Positions 9,619-20,714 are shown, counted from the first letter of the stretch. The stretch: DNA of 64,000 bases from Geopsychrobacteraceae bacterium (GCA_963662315.1 OY759353.1:3744001-3808000); one strand, 5' to 3'. Notes: generated by a model not told the origin, from the sequence alone. Translations and numbers: made by a program.

Positions 9619-10151
9619 CTGTTTTTCCTGAATACCGATACCGTAAGGGTTGCGTCGGTCAGTGCTTGGTTATCGAAGCGTTGCTTGAGCCTCAGGTTTT
9701 TGATCTGCATCGGAGTTTTTGCCGTATCAATATTCCAGAGCAGCTGCAGAACCTGTTGCAGGGTTAATTTTTCCAGTTTGATATCGAGATTTTCGATATA
9801 GATCTCGCCTTGCGTCTGAGCCGGTTGAGGGCGAATATAGCTCAGATTCTCGCGGCTTCCGACTGTCGAGGCGATGTTTTCAAGCAGGGCCAATGCGGAC
9901 AGGCCACTGCGTTTAGCAAGCTGACCCTCAATATTCTTGGTCATCTCCTGCAGGCTGAAATATTCCGCCTGCAACTGTTGCACCTCAACAATCTGCCGGC
10001 GCTTAGCCGCAATAGCTTTACCTGCACTGGTCAGGGCGTTTTGATAAGGTTCATAGATACCGATATATAGCAGAACCACGATTGCAAATAACGCACCGCA
10101 GCCGAGCATGATCAGCTCACGTTTTTCCAGTTGACTCAGACGTCCTATCAT
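9615..10151 (-). CDS. gspM: Type II secretion protein GspM
   Basis: LEKRE + TM + coiled coil; follows gspL. Confidence 0.85.
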   Translation of the reverse strand: MIGRLSQLEKRELIMLGCGALFAIVVLLYIGIYEPYQNALTSAGKAIAAKRRQIVEVQQLQAEYFSLQEMTKNIEGQLAKRSGLSALALLENIASTVGSRENLSYIRPQPAQTQGEIYIENLDIKLEKLTLQQVLQLLWNIDTAKTPMQIKNLRLKQRFDNQALTDATLTVSVFRKNR

Positions 10152-11536
10152 TGGGCTGACCCTCCCTGCGCGAGGGATAAAATAAGGCGGAAGTTGATCT
10201 TATTACCCCGCAGTGCCATCTGGGCATCAGCAACCTGAACCTTGCTGAACAAGGGGGATGCGCTTAATTGCTCAGACAGCTGATTGACTGCTTCAAACGA
10301 ACTGGTGCTGCCGGATACCCGGACTTCCGGAGGCGCATAATTGAATTCATCAACCTGCATAGCGATCGTCTCAATCTGCTCGGAAAACGCTTTCAGAACT
10401 GTCAAAACATCTGGTCCCATACTGCCGACCATAGAGTTTTTCTCGCGTAATTCATTGATGGCGGACTGCATCTGCAGGGGGACGTCAACTATCGTCGTGG
10501 CGTTGGGAAAGGTATCGCGATAGATTTGTACGATTTGCTGCTGAAGTTTATCGACCTGGTTGAGCTGTGTCTGGTACCTGGTGGCAGCGGAGCTGACCAG
10601 GATCGCAACCGTGGCCAGGCCGAGAATTGCTGTACACCATAGCGATTTTTTTAGCTTTTGCCATTCACCTTTGAGGGCAAAGCTGCCGTGGCGCAGGTTG
10701 AAAGAGCTGAGGTCTTTTGTTTTTCCCGCTCTGAATGCCAAAGAAACAGCCTGCATATATTTCATCGGAATCTGCTCGCCGGCAATTACCATTGTCAGCT
10801 CTTTGACCTGGTAGCCAAGCTCAAACAGGTGGCTTGTCAGGTCAGACGTTATCGCATCCCCGACGCAGTATATGGTTGTTTGCTGATTGGTATTTCTGGC
10901 TGAAAACTGAGTCAGTTCACGGTTTAGCCAGAAGGTATTCTGTTCAGACAACGGTTGGGGGAGCAAGCGGTAGTCTTCAATCTGCCCGTCATGAATGACT
11001 GACAGGGTGGTTTCGTGGGAGTTTGCTGCCAGAAGAATCCCTTGGGATAACTGGTCGCCAAGACCTGACAGCAGTACAAAAGGGGACAAATCCAGGACAT
11101 GCAACGGCATCCCGCAGTTTTCAGTCTGGTCAAGAATTTCCTGAATCCGGTTTTTGGGAACAGCTGCCGCAGTCACTTTGACCGGGCCTTTTCCGCGAGC
11201 TTTTAGTGGCAGTGAAGCGGTAAAGCATTCGTCAATAGGGATTGGAATCTGACTGCTCATGGCAAAGGGGAGAGCCGCCATAATTTTTTTATTGTCACTG
11301 AAGGGGAACTCCAGTTCACGGATATAGGCCGTTTTGGCTGGCAGTGCCGCAGCCAGTCGATCACCGATCTTGAAGTCTCCGGAAAGATTTTCCGTCAACT
11401 CTGCAAGTTGTGCGGCCAGGTCGTGACGATGACTCTCCAGAAGCTGAACCCTCTTCAGTTCGCTGCCTTCGATGTCGAGGACCGCAAGGTACGAGCTGAG
11501 CGGGCCAATATCCAGACCGAAATATCTTTTTGCCAT
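10148..11536 (-). CDS. gspL: Type II secretion protein GspL
   Basis: Actin-like N-terminus GLDIG, RELEFPF, TM, PilN-like C-terminus. Confidence 0.88.
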   Translation of the reverse strand: MAKRYFGLDIGPLSSYLAVLDIEGSELKRVQLLESHRHDLAAQLAELTENLSGDFKIGDRLAAALPAKTAYIRELEFPFSDNKKIMAALPFAMSSQIPIPIDECFTASLPLKARGKGPVKVTAAAVPKNRIQEILDQTENCGMPLHVLDLSPFVLLSGLGDQLSQGILLAANSHETTLSVIHDGQIEDYRLLPQPLSEQNTFWLNRELTQFSARNTNQQTTIYCVGDAITSDLTSHLFELGYQVKELTMVIAGEQIPMKYMQAVSLAFRAGKTKDLSSFNLRHGSFALKGEWQKLKKSLWCTAILGLATVAILVSSAATRYQTQLNQVDKLQQQIVQIYRDTFPNATTIVDVPLQMQSAINELREKNSMVGSMGPDVLTVLKAFSEQIETIAMQVDEFNYAPPEVRVSGSTSSFEAVNQLSEQLSASPLFSKVQVADAQMALRGNKINFRLILSLAQGGSAQ

Positions 11537-11541
11537 ATTCT

Positions 11542-12513
11542 TTATTCCACCCTGATAAATAGCAGTGAGTTGCCGGTTTTATTCACTTCTGCGACCAGTT
11601 TCTGATGTCCGTCGTTAACACTGCCATCAGCTTCAATCCGATAGTACTGACTGGTTGTTCCAAGCAGCTTCTGATTGGCAAGCGTTTTCAGAATACTGTA
11701 GCTTCCTTCTGATAACAAATTTTCCAGACTTTCAATCGACTCGATCGGTTCGTCATTTCTGCGTTCAATAATCAGTTCGGCCGTTGCTTCGTCAATGTTG
11801 CTGTTCAGGGACATCAGCACCTGGGCGCTGGCAGTATTGATGTTGATCATGTCCGAACCATTAACGCTGATGTGTGGCTTTAGTTTTTCGAGTACCTCTT
11901 TGGAAAAGCCTTTAACCAGTAACAGCTCGTCCAGTGTTTCCAGTGCTGCGTTTTTGCAGGTGTAGGAATGACTCAGACTCTGATAGTAGTCAGTCTCCGC
12001 GCCGGAGACCGGAATATCAAGGCCATCGGTCTGAATCAGCTGGTAGGCCTGATCCCCGCTGTCCAGCCAGTCGATCAAGGCGGCTGTCAGTTCGGCAGGA
12101 TCGGCCAGGTGATCGATTTCCAACGACGCGAACAGACGATAAAAGCGATCAACAACGACGGTGCGCGGATTATTGCCGCTAACCAGCGTATTGATAGCCA
12201 GTTTACTGTTCAGATCCTGAATCGTAACAGAAACGGCTCCCTGCCCAACCGGATAGCTGATGATACCAGTGTGCCAGATTTCACTGCTGTGATCATAATT
12301 ATTATCGTCTTCCTGAAGCAGCATGCGGCCGGCCGCGATACCTCCACTTGCCAGGTAGTAGGCCTTGGTTGAATCTCTGAAGGTTTCCGTCAGCCGTTGG
12401 TCAACCAGTGTCGAATAGGCCAGCTCCATGAGTAGCGAGGTCAACAGGGTGATGATCACCAGCACCAGAAGCAGCGCCATCCCCTTGTCATTTGCGATGC
12501 TTGTTTTCGTCAT
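11542..12513 (-). CDS. gspK: Minor pseudopilin GspK
   Basis: KGMALLLVL, ALIDWLD, ELLLVKG, ININTAS. Confidence 0.93.
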   Translation of the reverse strand: MTKTSIANDKGMALLLVLVIITLLTSLLMELAYSTLVDQRLTETFRDSTKAYYLASGGIAAGRMLLQEDDNNYDHSSEIWHTGIISYPVGQGAVSVTIQDLNSKLAINTLVSGNNPRTVVVDRFYRLFASLEIDHLADPAELTAALIDWLDSGDQAYQLIQTDGLDIPVSGAETDYYQSLSHSYTCKNAALETLDELLLVKGFSKEVLEKLKPHISVNGSDMININTASAQVLMSLNSNIDEATAELIIERRNDEPIESIESLENLLSEGSYSILKTLANQKLLGTTSQYYRIEADGSVNDGHQKLVAEVNKTGNSLLFIRVE

Positions 12514-13187
12514 CGGCTCATCTCAGGCAGTCTTATGGCGGATAAAAAAGGAATTTCCTTCCCTCTGGCGTCGTTGATTTTGAGTTCGATTTCAACCAGG
12601 TTCGGCAGTCCTTTAGTGCTGGAGTCCCAACTGTCATACCAGGAACTACCGTCATAAAAGCGCAGATTGAAAGCATTGATACCTGGTGCCAGGCGCATTC
12701 TGCGCAAATTGCTGGTGTCGTCTTTACTCAGTAACGGTTTTTCAGTCCTGAGCAAGACCTTGCTGCCGTCGTCCGCTTCATTGTCTTCCATCACCGTATA
12801 GGTGAGCAGGGCATAACCGGTGCCGGTACTGCTCAGTGGCGATGCCGCCGTAGTACTGAAGGTCAAGGAGACATTGTCGAGAGTATCTTTTTCCCCTTTT
12901 AAGATGCTGTCCTTGTTGGCACTGCTCAGGTACGCCCCGTGCAGCTCACGGCCAAAACGGTCAAAAATGACCCGGGCTTTATGGTACGTCTCACTGTCCT
13001 GCTCAAGTCGGTCCTTGGCGGAACTGACGGAAGAAAAGACACCGTAGACGGTCATCAGGGTGATGGCTACAATACTGATTGAAACCAATATTTCAATCAG
13101 GGTAAAGCCCCTCTGGCGACTCCGCTGGCGAGGAGATCTATCAGAAAATAAAGGAATCAAGCGTGACCGCTTCATTGTCGTTTTCAT
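12510..13187 (-). CDS. gspJ: Minor pseudopilin GspJ
   Basis: Prepilin site RGFTLIE; C-terminal WDS...LP.LVEI; exact start uncertain. Confidence 0.88.
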   Translation of the reverse strand: MKTTMKRSRLIPLFSDRSPRQRSRQRGFTLIEILVSISIVAITLMTVYGVFSSVSSAKDRLEQDSETYHKARVIFDRFGRELHGAYLSSANKDSILKGEKDTLDNVSLTFSTTAASPLSSTGTGYALLTYTVMEDNEADDGSKVLLRTEKPLLSKDDTSNLRRMRLAPGINAFNLRFYDGSSWYDSWDSSTKGLPNLVEIELKINDARGKEIPFLSAIRLPEMSR

Positions 13188-13587
13188 CTCCCCAGCTTAC
13201 GGTAACACTGACCATTCTGATGGATGGCAGTGGTGTGTCCGAATAATCGACGCGCCAGGTAAAAGCATTATTTGGTTCATCAAAAACACCGCTCTCGTCA
13301 GATCCGGTTACCGTCGAGGTAGAAGTCGTTTCCAGCTCACTCATTTTATGCTGGGCCAATAAGGTCGCCTGGGTAATTTTCTGCAACCGGTCATGGACGG
13401 TGATGGTTCTGTTCCCCAGCGACAGCAGAGCCGTCAGGGCAATGCTGATAATCGCCAGGGCGATCATGATTTCAAGTAAAGTGAACCCGGCACTTTTCCG
13501 GCGCTGTGAAAAACGCTGTAACTCCATACGTCTTAACGTCGAAGCTGGGGGTCTTGAGAGGTTGTTTGTATTCTGTATCTGCACCAT
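13141..13587 (-). CDS. gspI: Minor pseudopilin GspI
   Basis: AGFTLLEIMIALAI; start may be at 13527. Confidence 0.88.
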   Translation of the reverse strand: MVQIQNTNNLSRPPASTLRRMELQRFSQRRKSAGFTLLEIMIALAIISIALTALLSLGNRTITVHDRLQKITQATLLAQHKMSELETTSTSTVTGSDESGVFDEPNNAFTWRVDYSDTPLPSIRMVSVTVSWGDENDNEAVTLDSFIF

Positions 13588-13608
13588 GATCCGCCGCCCG
13601 GGTCATTC

Positions 13609-14151
13609 TCAGTTAAGCTGAAACTCCCGATAGCCTGTAAATACTTCACTGCTTCCGGTCAACGGATTGACCCGCAGGGTTAAACTGTTTTTCTTTTCAT
13701 CGCTCAGGTGGATAACCGTCTCTTCCAGCCACCCTGAAGGATGGATTCTGACGCTGACTTCTCCCTTGGTGAAAGAGCCTTCTCCGGCGAGGACAATATC
13801 GGTAAATGCGATCCCGTCTTTTAGCCTGGCGTGAGTCGGGTTCTCTTCCAATTCGCTGATGCTGCCATCTGCATCAACAATCTCTCCGTGATAGCGGTTT
13901 TCATCGAGGTTGAACACCAGCCGGTGTTCCTGCCCACTGAGGGCCGCCTCGTTGAAAAGATACTTCATGGTTCCGGCCAGCCTGCGGGTCGATGCATTCA
14001 GGTCACTTTTCGTGCCGGTACTTAACAGGGGCACACTGATGATAGTAAACAGGCTGATCAGTAGGATGACGATCGCCAGTTCCATCAGCGTGAAACCACG
14101 CTGATAGCCACCATGTGCCCTGTATCGAGGAATGTTCCTCGTTGTTGCCAT
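13609..14151 (-). CDS. gspH: Minor pseudopilin GspH
   Basis: RGFTLMEL; start placed at the ATG just after the gspG stop. Confidence 0.85.
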   Translation of the reverse strand: MATTRNIPRYRAHGGYQRGFTLMELAIVILLISLFTIISVPLLSTGTKSDLNASTRRLAGTMKYLFNEAALSGQEHRLVFNLDENRYHGEIVDADGSISELEENPTHARLKDGIAFTDIVLAGEGSFTKGEVSVRIHPSGWLEETVIHLSDEKKNSLTLRVNPLTGSSEVFTGYREFQLN

Positions 14152-14155
14152 AGAA

Positions 14156-14602
14156 TCAGTCAAGTTCCCAGCTGTTGATGTCGGCGTCATAGCCTTCACC
14201 ACCGGATTCACCATCTGCGCCATAAGAGATCAGATCATAATCTTTGCTGTGCAGGCCGGGGGACAGGTAGATATAATTATTGTTCCAAGGATCAAGGGGC
14301 AGTTTTTTCAGGTAGCCGCTTTCGGCGTATTTTTCCGGAATGCGGCCGGTCTGCGGGATCGAAACCAGAGCTTTAAGCCCCTGATCGGTGGAGGGGAAAA
14401 AACCATTATCCAGCTTGAACATGCCGAGGGCTTCTTCGATCCCTTTCATGTCGACCTGGGCTTTGGTCACTTTTGCCTGATCCGGTCGATCCAGAAAGCG
14501 CGGGACGACAATCGCCGCCAGTATGCCGAGGATAACAACGACAACCATAATTTCAATCAGCGTAAAGCCACGCTTGTTGAGTAGATACTTTTGCATTGCC
14601 AA
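14156..14602 (-). CDS. gspG: Major pseudopilin GspG
   Basis: RGFTLIEIMVVVVILGILA, PSTDQGL, DPWNN, SYGADG. Confidence 0.96.
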   Translation of the reverse strand: MAMQKYLLNKRGFTLIEIMVVVVILGILAAIVVPRFLDRPDQAKVTKAQVDMKGIEEALGMFKLDNGFFPSTDQGLKALVSIPQTGRIPEKYAESGYLKKLPLDPWNNNYIYLSPGLHSKDYDLISYGADGESGGEGYDADINSWELD

Positions 14603-14628
14603 ATAGCTCCTTTATTACCTTGCAGTCG

Positions 14629-15852
14629 TTAAAAACTCTGACTCGCTTCAAAAATGGGCAGCAGGATCGCCAGCACGACGAAGCCGACCACGGTTCCCAT
14701 AATCAGGATTAAAATAGGTTCAAGCAGGGAAAGTAACCCGGTAATCGCCAGTTCGGTCTGACTTTCGTAGGTGTCGGCCAGCCGGAACAGCATCGGTTCA
14801 AGTTGGCCGCTTTTTTCCCCGGCGGCCGTAATCTGTGCCAGCATGGGCGGGAAAGCTGTTGAATTTTTAAGACTTCTCGCCAGCGAACCACCCTCCTGGA
14901 CATCTTTTTGAGCCGTGTCTACGGCTTGGTAAAGGACCCGGTTCTTGAGCAGGGCTTTGGTAATGTCAAGTGCTCGCAGCAGCGGGATACCGCTGTGCAG
15001 CAGGGTTCCGAGCGTGCGTGCAAACCAGGCCGTGGCGATTGTCAGGCTGAGGCGTCCGTAGAGGGGCAGGCGTAAACTGATCTGATCAAGTTTAAGGCGT
15101 CCCTTTTCGGTGTGGGCATAGCGGCGCAGTAGCAACCCGGCGCAAATGATTATCGCAAGCAGCAACCACCACCAGCTGCCGAGCAGATCACTGAGCTCAA
15201 TCAGAAAGCGGGTCGGCCAGGGGAGAGCCTGCCCCATTTCAGTCAGCATTGAGGTGATTTTGGGGACGACAAAGATGAACAGGAAGATCAGCACTCCGAT
15301 GCCAACCACCGTCATCAGAATCGGGTATGCAAGCGCCGCCTGAATGCGTGCCCTGATGCGTGCCTGATCATCCAGAAAGTCAGCCAGACGATGCAGGACT
15401 TGATCCAGGGTGCCACTGCTTTCGCCGACTTGAATCATATTAATAAACAGCTCAGGGAAAACCCGACGCTGATTTTCCAGCGCTTTATGAAACGGTGCTC
15501 CCTCCAGAACTTCTTCACGAATGCTGAGAAAGGTCGTGCTGAGTACGGACTGATCAGTCTGGTCGGCAACGGTCCCCAGAACTTCATCGAGGGGAATTCC
15601 TGCGCCCAGCAGGGTGCCAAGCTGTCGGGTTGCGGCGGCCAGATCTGCCGGAGAAACCCGGTGGCGTAAACTGAATGAGGCTCGCGGACTTTTCTGGCCG
15701 CTTTTGGCGGCAGCAGTGACTTCCTGCAGGCTGGTCAGAAAAATCCCCTGCTGGCTCAGTTTCTGGGTGACCGCCTTGCGGCCACTGCCGTCAATCTTGC
15801 CATGGACCTTGCGCCCCTGACTGTTCAGTCCTGAATACTCAAAAAGAGCCAC
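14629..15852 (-). CDS. gspF: Inner membrane platform protein GspF
   Basis: TRQLGTLLGAG, GESSGTL, AYP, LEP repeats. Confidence 0.95.
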   Translation of the reverse strand: MALFEYSGLNSQGRKVHGKIDGSGRKAVTQKLSQQGIFLTSLQEVTAAAKSGQKSPRASFSLRHRVSPADLAAATRQLGTLLGAGIPLDEVLGTVADQTDQSVLSTTFLSIREEVLEGAPFHKALENQRRVFPELFINMIQVGESSGTLDQVLHRLADFLDDQARIRARIQAALAYPILMTVVGIGVLIFLFIFVVPKITSMLTEMGQALPWPTRFLIELSDLLGSWWWLLLAIIICAGLLLRRYAHTEKGRLKLDQISLRLPLYGRLSLTIATAWFARTLGTLLHSGIPLLRALDITKALLKNRVLYQAVDTAQKDVQEGGSLARSLKNSTAFPPMLAQITAAGEKSGQLEPMLFRLADTYESQTELAITGLLSLLEPILILIMGTVVGFVVLAILLPIFEASQSF

Positions 15853-15854
15853 GA

Positions 15855-17552
15855 TCAGGTCTCCTCTTGAGTGACACGGAGGACCTCTTCAAGGGTCGTT
15901 TCCCCGCGCAACGCTTTTTCCAGCCCAGCTGTACGCAACGGTTTTAAACCATTTGCCATGGCCGCCTTGCGGATGGTCGCGGCGTCTTTGTTTTTGAGGA
16001 GCAGATCTCTGACCTGATCATCAATTTTCAGTAATTCATAAATACCGGTCCGCCCCCAATAACCGATATTCATGCATTTTTCACAACCACGCCCCTGGTA
16101 GAAGACCGGATTGGCCGGTAGCCCTTCCGCGGTCAGCTCATGGAGAAGTTCTGCCGGGGGTTCATATTCTTCACGGCAATGGGGGCAGATGCGGCGCACC
16201 AGGCGTTGGGCCATGATGCCGACGACACTGGAAGCGGCCAGGAACGGCTCGACACCCATTTCAACCAGGCGGGTCAGGGCTCCTGCAGCATCATTGGTAT
16301 GCAAGGTTGAAAAAACCATATGGCCGGTCAGGGCCGACTGAATAACGATTTCAGCTGTCTCCTGGTCACGGATCTCGCCGACCATGATAATATCGGGATC
16401 CTGACGCAGTATGGAACGCAGGCCATTGGCAAAGGTCAGGTCGATTTTGGTATTGACCTGAATCTGACCGACACCGGCGAGCTGATATTCGATAGGGTCT
16501 TCAACCGTGATAATATTTTTTTCACGCTGATTCAGGCGTGTTAATGCCGAATACAGCGTGGTCGTCTTACCGGAACCGGTTGGCCCGGTCACCAGGAACA
16601 CGCCGTGGGTCTTGCTGATCATACTGACGATATCCTGCAGCAGCTGATCTTTAAGACCGATCTGTTCCAGTGACAGGACATTGGACCCCTTATCGAGCAG
16701 ACGTAAAACCACACGTTCGCCAAAAGCGGTAGGCAGGGTTGACACCCGCACATCAACGTCACTGCCGGCAACCTTGACGCGGAAGCGGCCGTCTTGAGGC
16801 AGACGCTTTTCAGCAATGTTGAGTTGCGACATGATCTTGATCCGCGAGACGATTCCGGCATGGGCTTTTAACGGCGGTTGATGGACATCATAGAGAATAC
16901 CGTCAATGCGATAGCGAATCCGTAATTCCCGTTCAAAGGGTTCAATATGGATATCGCTGGCCCGTTCTTTGTACCCTTGCGTGATCAGGCTGTTGACGAA
17001 GCGGATGATCGGTGCTTCATCCGAGGTGTCGAGCAGATCTTCCGGCTCCAGGTTATGGATGAGATCTGTATCTTTGTTGGCTTCAATCTCTTCAATGACT
17101 CCGGAGGTGGCTCCGGCGTTTTTTTCATAACTGCGATTGATAGCTTTGAGGATCTCCTCCGCAGTAGCCAGACACGGCTCCACCGATGCTCCGGTCAGTG
17201 TTCCCAGATCGTTAAGCAGGGCGGTGTCGGTTGGATCTGCCACGGCGACCAGCAGTTGATCGTTCTCATGCTTAAGCGGAAAAAACATCCGCTCTTTAGT
17301 AAAGCCGATAGGGATTTTCAGCAACAGATCGTCACTTCCGCCCTGATCGATCAGTGTCGGGAAAAATTCCAGGGAGAATTGCTTAGCTAATGCTTCAGCC
17401 ACAATCCCCTCGCTGACGACCTTCTTCTTGACGAGAATTTCACCCAGTTGCAAGCCACTTTTTTGTTGCTCCAGCAGGGCCAGGTCGATGTCATTCTGAC
17501 TGACTTCAAACTGGTCGTGAAGGATCTCTCCGATGAGCTGCCACCTCTTCAT
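15855..17552 (-). CDS. gspE: Secretion ATPase GspE
   Basis: GPTGSGKTT, TVEDPIE, LRQDPD, STLHTND, tetracysteine motif. Confidence 0.96.
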   Translation of the reverse strand: MKRWQLIGEILHDQFEVSQNDIDLALLEQQKSGLQLGEILVKKKVVSEGIVAEALAKQFSLEFFPTLIDQGGSDDLLLKIPIGFTKERMFFPLKHENDQLLVAVADPTDTALLNDLGTLTGASVEPCLATAEEILKAINRSYEKNAGATSGVIEEIEANKDTDLIHNLEPEDLLDTSDEAPIIRFVNSLITQGYKERASDIHIEPFERELRIRYRIDGILYDVHQPPLKAHAGIVSRIKIMSQLNIAEKRLPQDGRFRVKVAGSDVDVRVSTLPTAFGERVVLRLLDKGSNVLSLEQIGLKDQLLQDIVSMISKTHGVFLVTGPTGSGKTTTLYSALTRLNQREKNIITVEDPIEYQLAGVGQIQVNTKIDLTFANGLRSILRQDPDIIMVGEIRDQETAEIVIQSALTGHMVFSTLHTNDAAGALTRLVEMGVEPFLAASSVVGIMAQRLVRRICPHCREEYEPPAELLHELTAEGLPANPVFYQGRGCEKCMNIGYWGRTGIYELLKIDDQVRDLLLKNKDAATIRKAAMANGLKPLRTAGLEKALRGETTLEEVLRVTQEET

Positions 17553-17556
17553 ACGT

Positions 17557-19593
17557 CTAATTGGACTCCTGTTGAGGGCGTTCCTGTCTACGTTCTTCGT
17601 CCTGCAGCTGTTTGAAGTCTTCAGGGAGATTGGTGCGCTGCTCTTCAGTCAACATTGTCGCAGCTTTTAAGCGGTTGGCATTGGTCACCTGGGCAATGTC
17701 ATCGGTATCCTTGATAATTGTCGGAGTGATGAAAACGAGCAGATTTTTCTTGTTTGCCGAGGTCGATCTGGTTTTAAACAGCCAGCCAAGCACAGGAATG
17801 TCACCAAGCAGAGGGACCTTGGTTTCTGATTGGGTCGATTGATTATTGATCAGGCCACCCAGGATAAGGGTCTTTTTGCTTTGCGCCAAAACGGTATTAC
17901 GAATCACGCGTTTGGTCAGGGTCGGCCCATTGGTGTTGGAATCGGAGCCTTCCACGACCCCGGTAATTTCCTGGTAGATATTCAACCTGACCAGATTGTC
18001 TTCAATAACCTGGGGGGTAAAGCGCAGTGTCAGAGCGGCATCCTGGCGCTCGACCGAGACGGTTACGTTATCGGTGTTGGTGCTGTCAGTAATTTTTTCG
18101 GTAACGATGGGAACGTTATCACCGACGATGATTTCTGCTTCTTCGTTATCTGATGTAAGCAACCGTGGTGCCGACAACACATTGACATCACTGTCGGTTT
18201 TGGAAAGATTCAGTAATGCCGACAGGGCTGGAACCGTATAGGTTTTTCCATCTCCTGCGGTGACGGTTATCGGGTTAAACATCCCGCCAACCAAAACTCC
18301 ATTGATTGCTGTGCTCAGTAACGAAGTGGATGAGCTTAAGTTGCCAAGGCTGGTCTGCTCCCCAGTTCCGGCGAAAATGACACCATCGTTACCCAGATCA
18401 ATAGCTCCGGACAGAGACGCTCCCAGATCTTTAGTCGCGTCCATGGACAGTTCAATGATCAAGGCCTCGACGTAAACCTGTTTACGCTTGATATCAAGTT
18501 TCTTAATGATGCTTTTAATCGCTGTATAGTCTTTTTGCTGGGCGTTAATGATCAGGGAATTGGTCGGTTTGTCCGCGGTGATCGAGACCTGCTGGGAGAT
18601 AACGGCTGAAGACTGGGTCGGAGCCTGATTTTTATTGGCGGTTGCCGCAGCGGAAGCTGCGGCGGCTTTGACTCCGGTAAGAATCTCATTCAGGGTTGTT
18701 GCCAGGGTTTCCGCATCGGCATTTTCCAGGTAGTAAACATTGATATCCGCTTCTTCTTCACGCGGTTCCTGATCAAGTGTGGCGAGCAAGCCTTTAATTT
18801 TATCCAGATCTTCACTGCTGGAAACGACAATCAGCGAGTTGGTCCTGGGGTAGGCAATGATTTTACTGGTACCTTCTTTGGTTGTGGAAATCTTCTGGTT
18901 GGCACGCCTTTGGGTTGCTCCGGCCTGTTCGGTCACAATCTCCTGACAGATTTTAGCAACTTCTTCAGCATCTGCGTAGCGCAGCGGTAATACCGTCAAC
19001 TCTCCTGAGGAATCGGGCTGATCCAGCTGCTGCATGATTTTGACCATGCGATCGATGGTGGAGGCGGTTTCCGTCAGAATCAGGGTGTTGGTTGGTGGAT
19101 AGGTGATAATGTTTCCGGTGGCCGGCATCAATGGTGCCAGTACCGATGTGGCAACTGTATCGACATCAAGATAATTAAGTCGCACCAGGCGCGTTATGAA
19201 CTGGTCCGAGTCACTGCGCCCCTTAGTGTAGACGGGCAAGCCTTCCTGGCGGGCGGTTTTGGTGGAAACGATTTTATTAACCTTTCCCGAAGGCACCAGG
19301 GTATAGCCCTTGACATTCAAGACCGTCAGAAACAGTTGATAGGTTTCATCAAGGGTCATGGTTTCCGGTGAAACGATCGTGACCTTGCCTTTAATGGAAT
19401 CGTCATAAAGAAAATTCTTGCCGGTCAATTCACTGATTGTGTTGATCAATTCCGTCAACTCGACATCTTTGAAGTCGAGGGTGATCTTTTCATCCGCCGG
19501 TGCCGCCTGGACCGGTTTTGCCAGCGGCGCAGCACTTAGCAGCAAAGCCAGAAATAACCACACCGAAAAACGGAAGAATTTTATATGAGTCAC
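17557..19593 (-). CDS. gspD: Secretin GspD
   Basis: N0-N3 domains, QVYVEALI, KVPLLGDIPVLGWLF, LLVFITPTII. Confidence 0.96.
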   Translation of the reverse strand: MTHIKFFRFSVWLFLALLLSAAPLAKPVQAAPADEKITLDFKDVELTELINTISELTGKNFLYDDSIKGKVTIVSPETMTLDETYQLFLTVLNVKGYTLVPSGKVNKIVSTKTARQEGLPVYTKGRSDSDQFITRLVRLNYLDVDTVATSVLAPLMPATGNIITYPPTNTLILTETASTIDRMVKIMQQLDQPDSSGELTVLPLRYADAEEVAKICQEIVTEQAGATQRRANQKISTTKEGTSKIIAYPRTNSLIVVSSSEDLDKIKGLLATLDQEPREEEADINVYYLENADAETLATTLNEILTGVKAAAASAAATANKNQAPTQSSAVISQQVSITADKPTNSLIINAQQKDYTAIKSIIKKLDIKRKQVYVEALIIELSMDATKDLGASLSGAIDLGNDGVIFAGTGEQTSLGNLSSSTSLLSTAINGVLVGGMFNPITVTAGDGKTYTVPALSALLNLSKTDSDVNVLSAPRLLTSDNEEAEIIVGDNVPIVTEKITDSTNTDNVTVSVERQDAALTLRFTPQVIEDNLVRLNIYQEITGVVEGSDSNTNGPTLTKRVIRNTVLAQSKKTLILGGLINNQSTQSETKVPLLGDIPVLGWLFKTRSTSANKKNLLVFITPTIIKDTDDIAQVTNANRLKAATMLTEEQRTNLPEDFKQLQDEERRQERPQQESN

Positions 19594-19605
19594 TTGATTT
19601 GCCTC

Positions 19606-20523
19606 CTAGTCAAGTTCATAAGTAAAGGTCTGGGCCGCCCCTTTGCGTTCAATGCCGACAGAAATCTGTCGTGCTTCGCGCAATTGCTGGAAAATCTGCA
19701 GTGCCGTCTCGGGGCTGTCAAGGGTCATATTGTTGACCTGCATGATGACGTCGCCACGTTGCAGGCCTAGTTTGGTGAGGATCGAATTGCGCCGTAAGCG
19801 TCTGATCATAAAGCCGTCAGTTTTGCCGTCGGTAATACGTGGCTGTAACTGGGCCAGACGCATTTCCACGGCGAGGTTCGCCCGGGTCTTTTCCGCGGTA
19901 TCACGAGGGACGACCCAGTGCCCGTCGCCGATCTGCTTGATGTCTGCGTCGGAATTTTCGCCCTCATTGCCGATGGCTTGGGCAGTCGCTGCCGGTGTGC
20001 CGGGTTGGTCGTCCTGAATCAGCATCAGCGTGGTCAGCGATTTGTCACGATTGCGGATCTTTACCAGATTACGGGTAATTTCCTCAATGATGCCCCCTCC
20101 GGGGAGTTCATCATTGAGGTGGTAGATTTCAAATTTTTTATCGATCTCTATCAGGGCAAGGGAATCCTCTCCAGCAGCAACGGTTCCCATCAATTTCATA
20201 TTTGTAGGCGCAGGCTGCTGACTGGGTGACTTGGCTGCTCCGGTGTCATTCTGCTCTGTTGACGCATTGACGGGGGTCAGTGTTGCGGTGTCGGAACGGC
20301 TACTCGGATCAAAAATATTGCGTTGCAAAATCAGGTTGAGGTCGTCCTGAGTTGTTTCATGGACGGTTTTTTGAGCGGTCTTTGTTGCGGTGTAGCTCTG
20401 GGCCGGAGCCGGGTCAATATAAGTCCCCAGAAATGAGGTGACGAGAAGGCCGCAAACCAATCCCAGTAGCAGCACCAAAAGCAGATTAAGATAAGTGTGG
20501 TATTTCTGATAGAGCGTCAGCAT
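19606..20523 (-). CDS. gspC: GspC with PDZ domain
   Basis: TM, RNIF, HR domain, PDZ LGLQRGDVIMQVN. Confidence 0.9.
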   Translation of the reverse strand: MLTLYQKYHTYLNLLLVLLLGLVCGLLVTSFLGTYIDPAPAQSYTATKTAQKTVHETTQDDLNLILQRNIFDPSSRSDTATLTPVNASTEQNDTGAAKSPSQQPAPTNMKLMGTVAAGEDSLALIEIDKKFEIYHLNDELPGGGIIEEITRNLVKIRNRDKSLTTLMLIQDDQPGTPAATAQAIGNEGENSDADIKQIGDGHWVVPRDTAEKTRANLAVEMRLAQLQPRITDGKTDGFMIRRLRRNSILTKLGLQRGDVIMQVNNMTLDSPETALQIFQQLREARQISVGIERKGAAQTFTYELD

Positions 20524-20714
20524 GTCAGCCTTATTCAGTTCGTTGTTATCCGGAGTTCCCGGATGACGACCAGTAAACGGAAAAACTGATACTTCAAAGT
20601 CATTGATTAATAAACTCAACGGCCCGCTATCATAGTCGTTAAACAGCTTATAAGCAAGTATGGCGCATCGACTACTGATTTTCTTACAGAAACCTAGCTT
20701 TTGTCACTGATTAT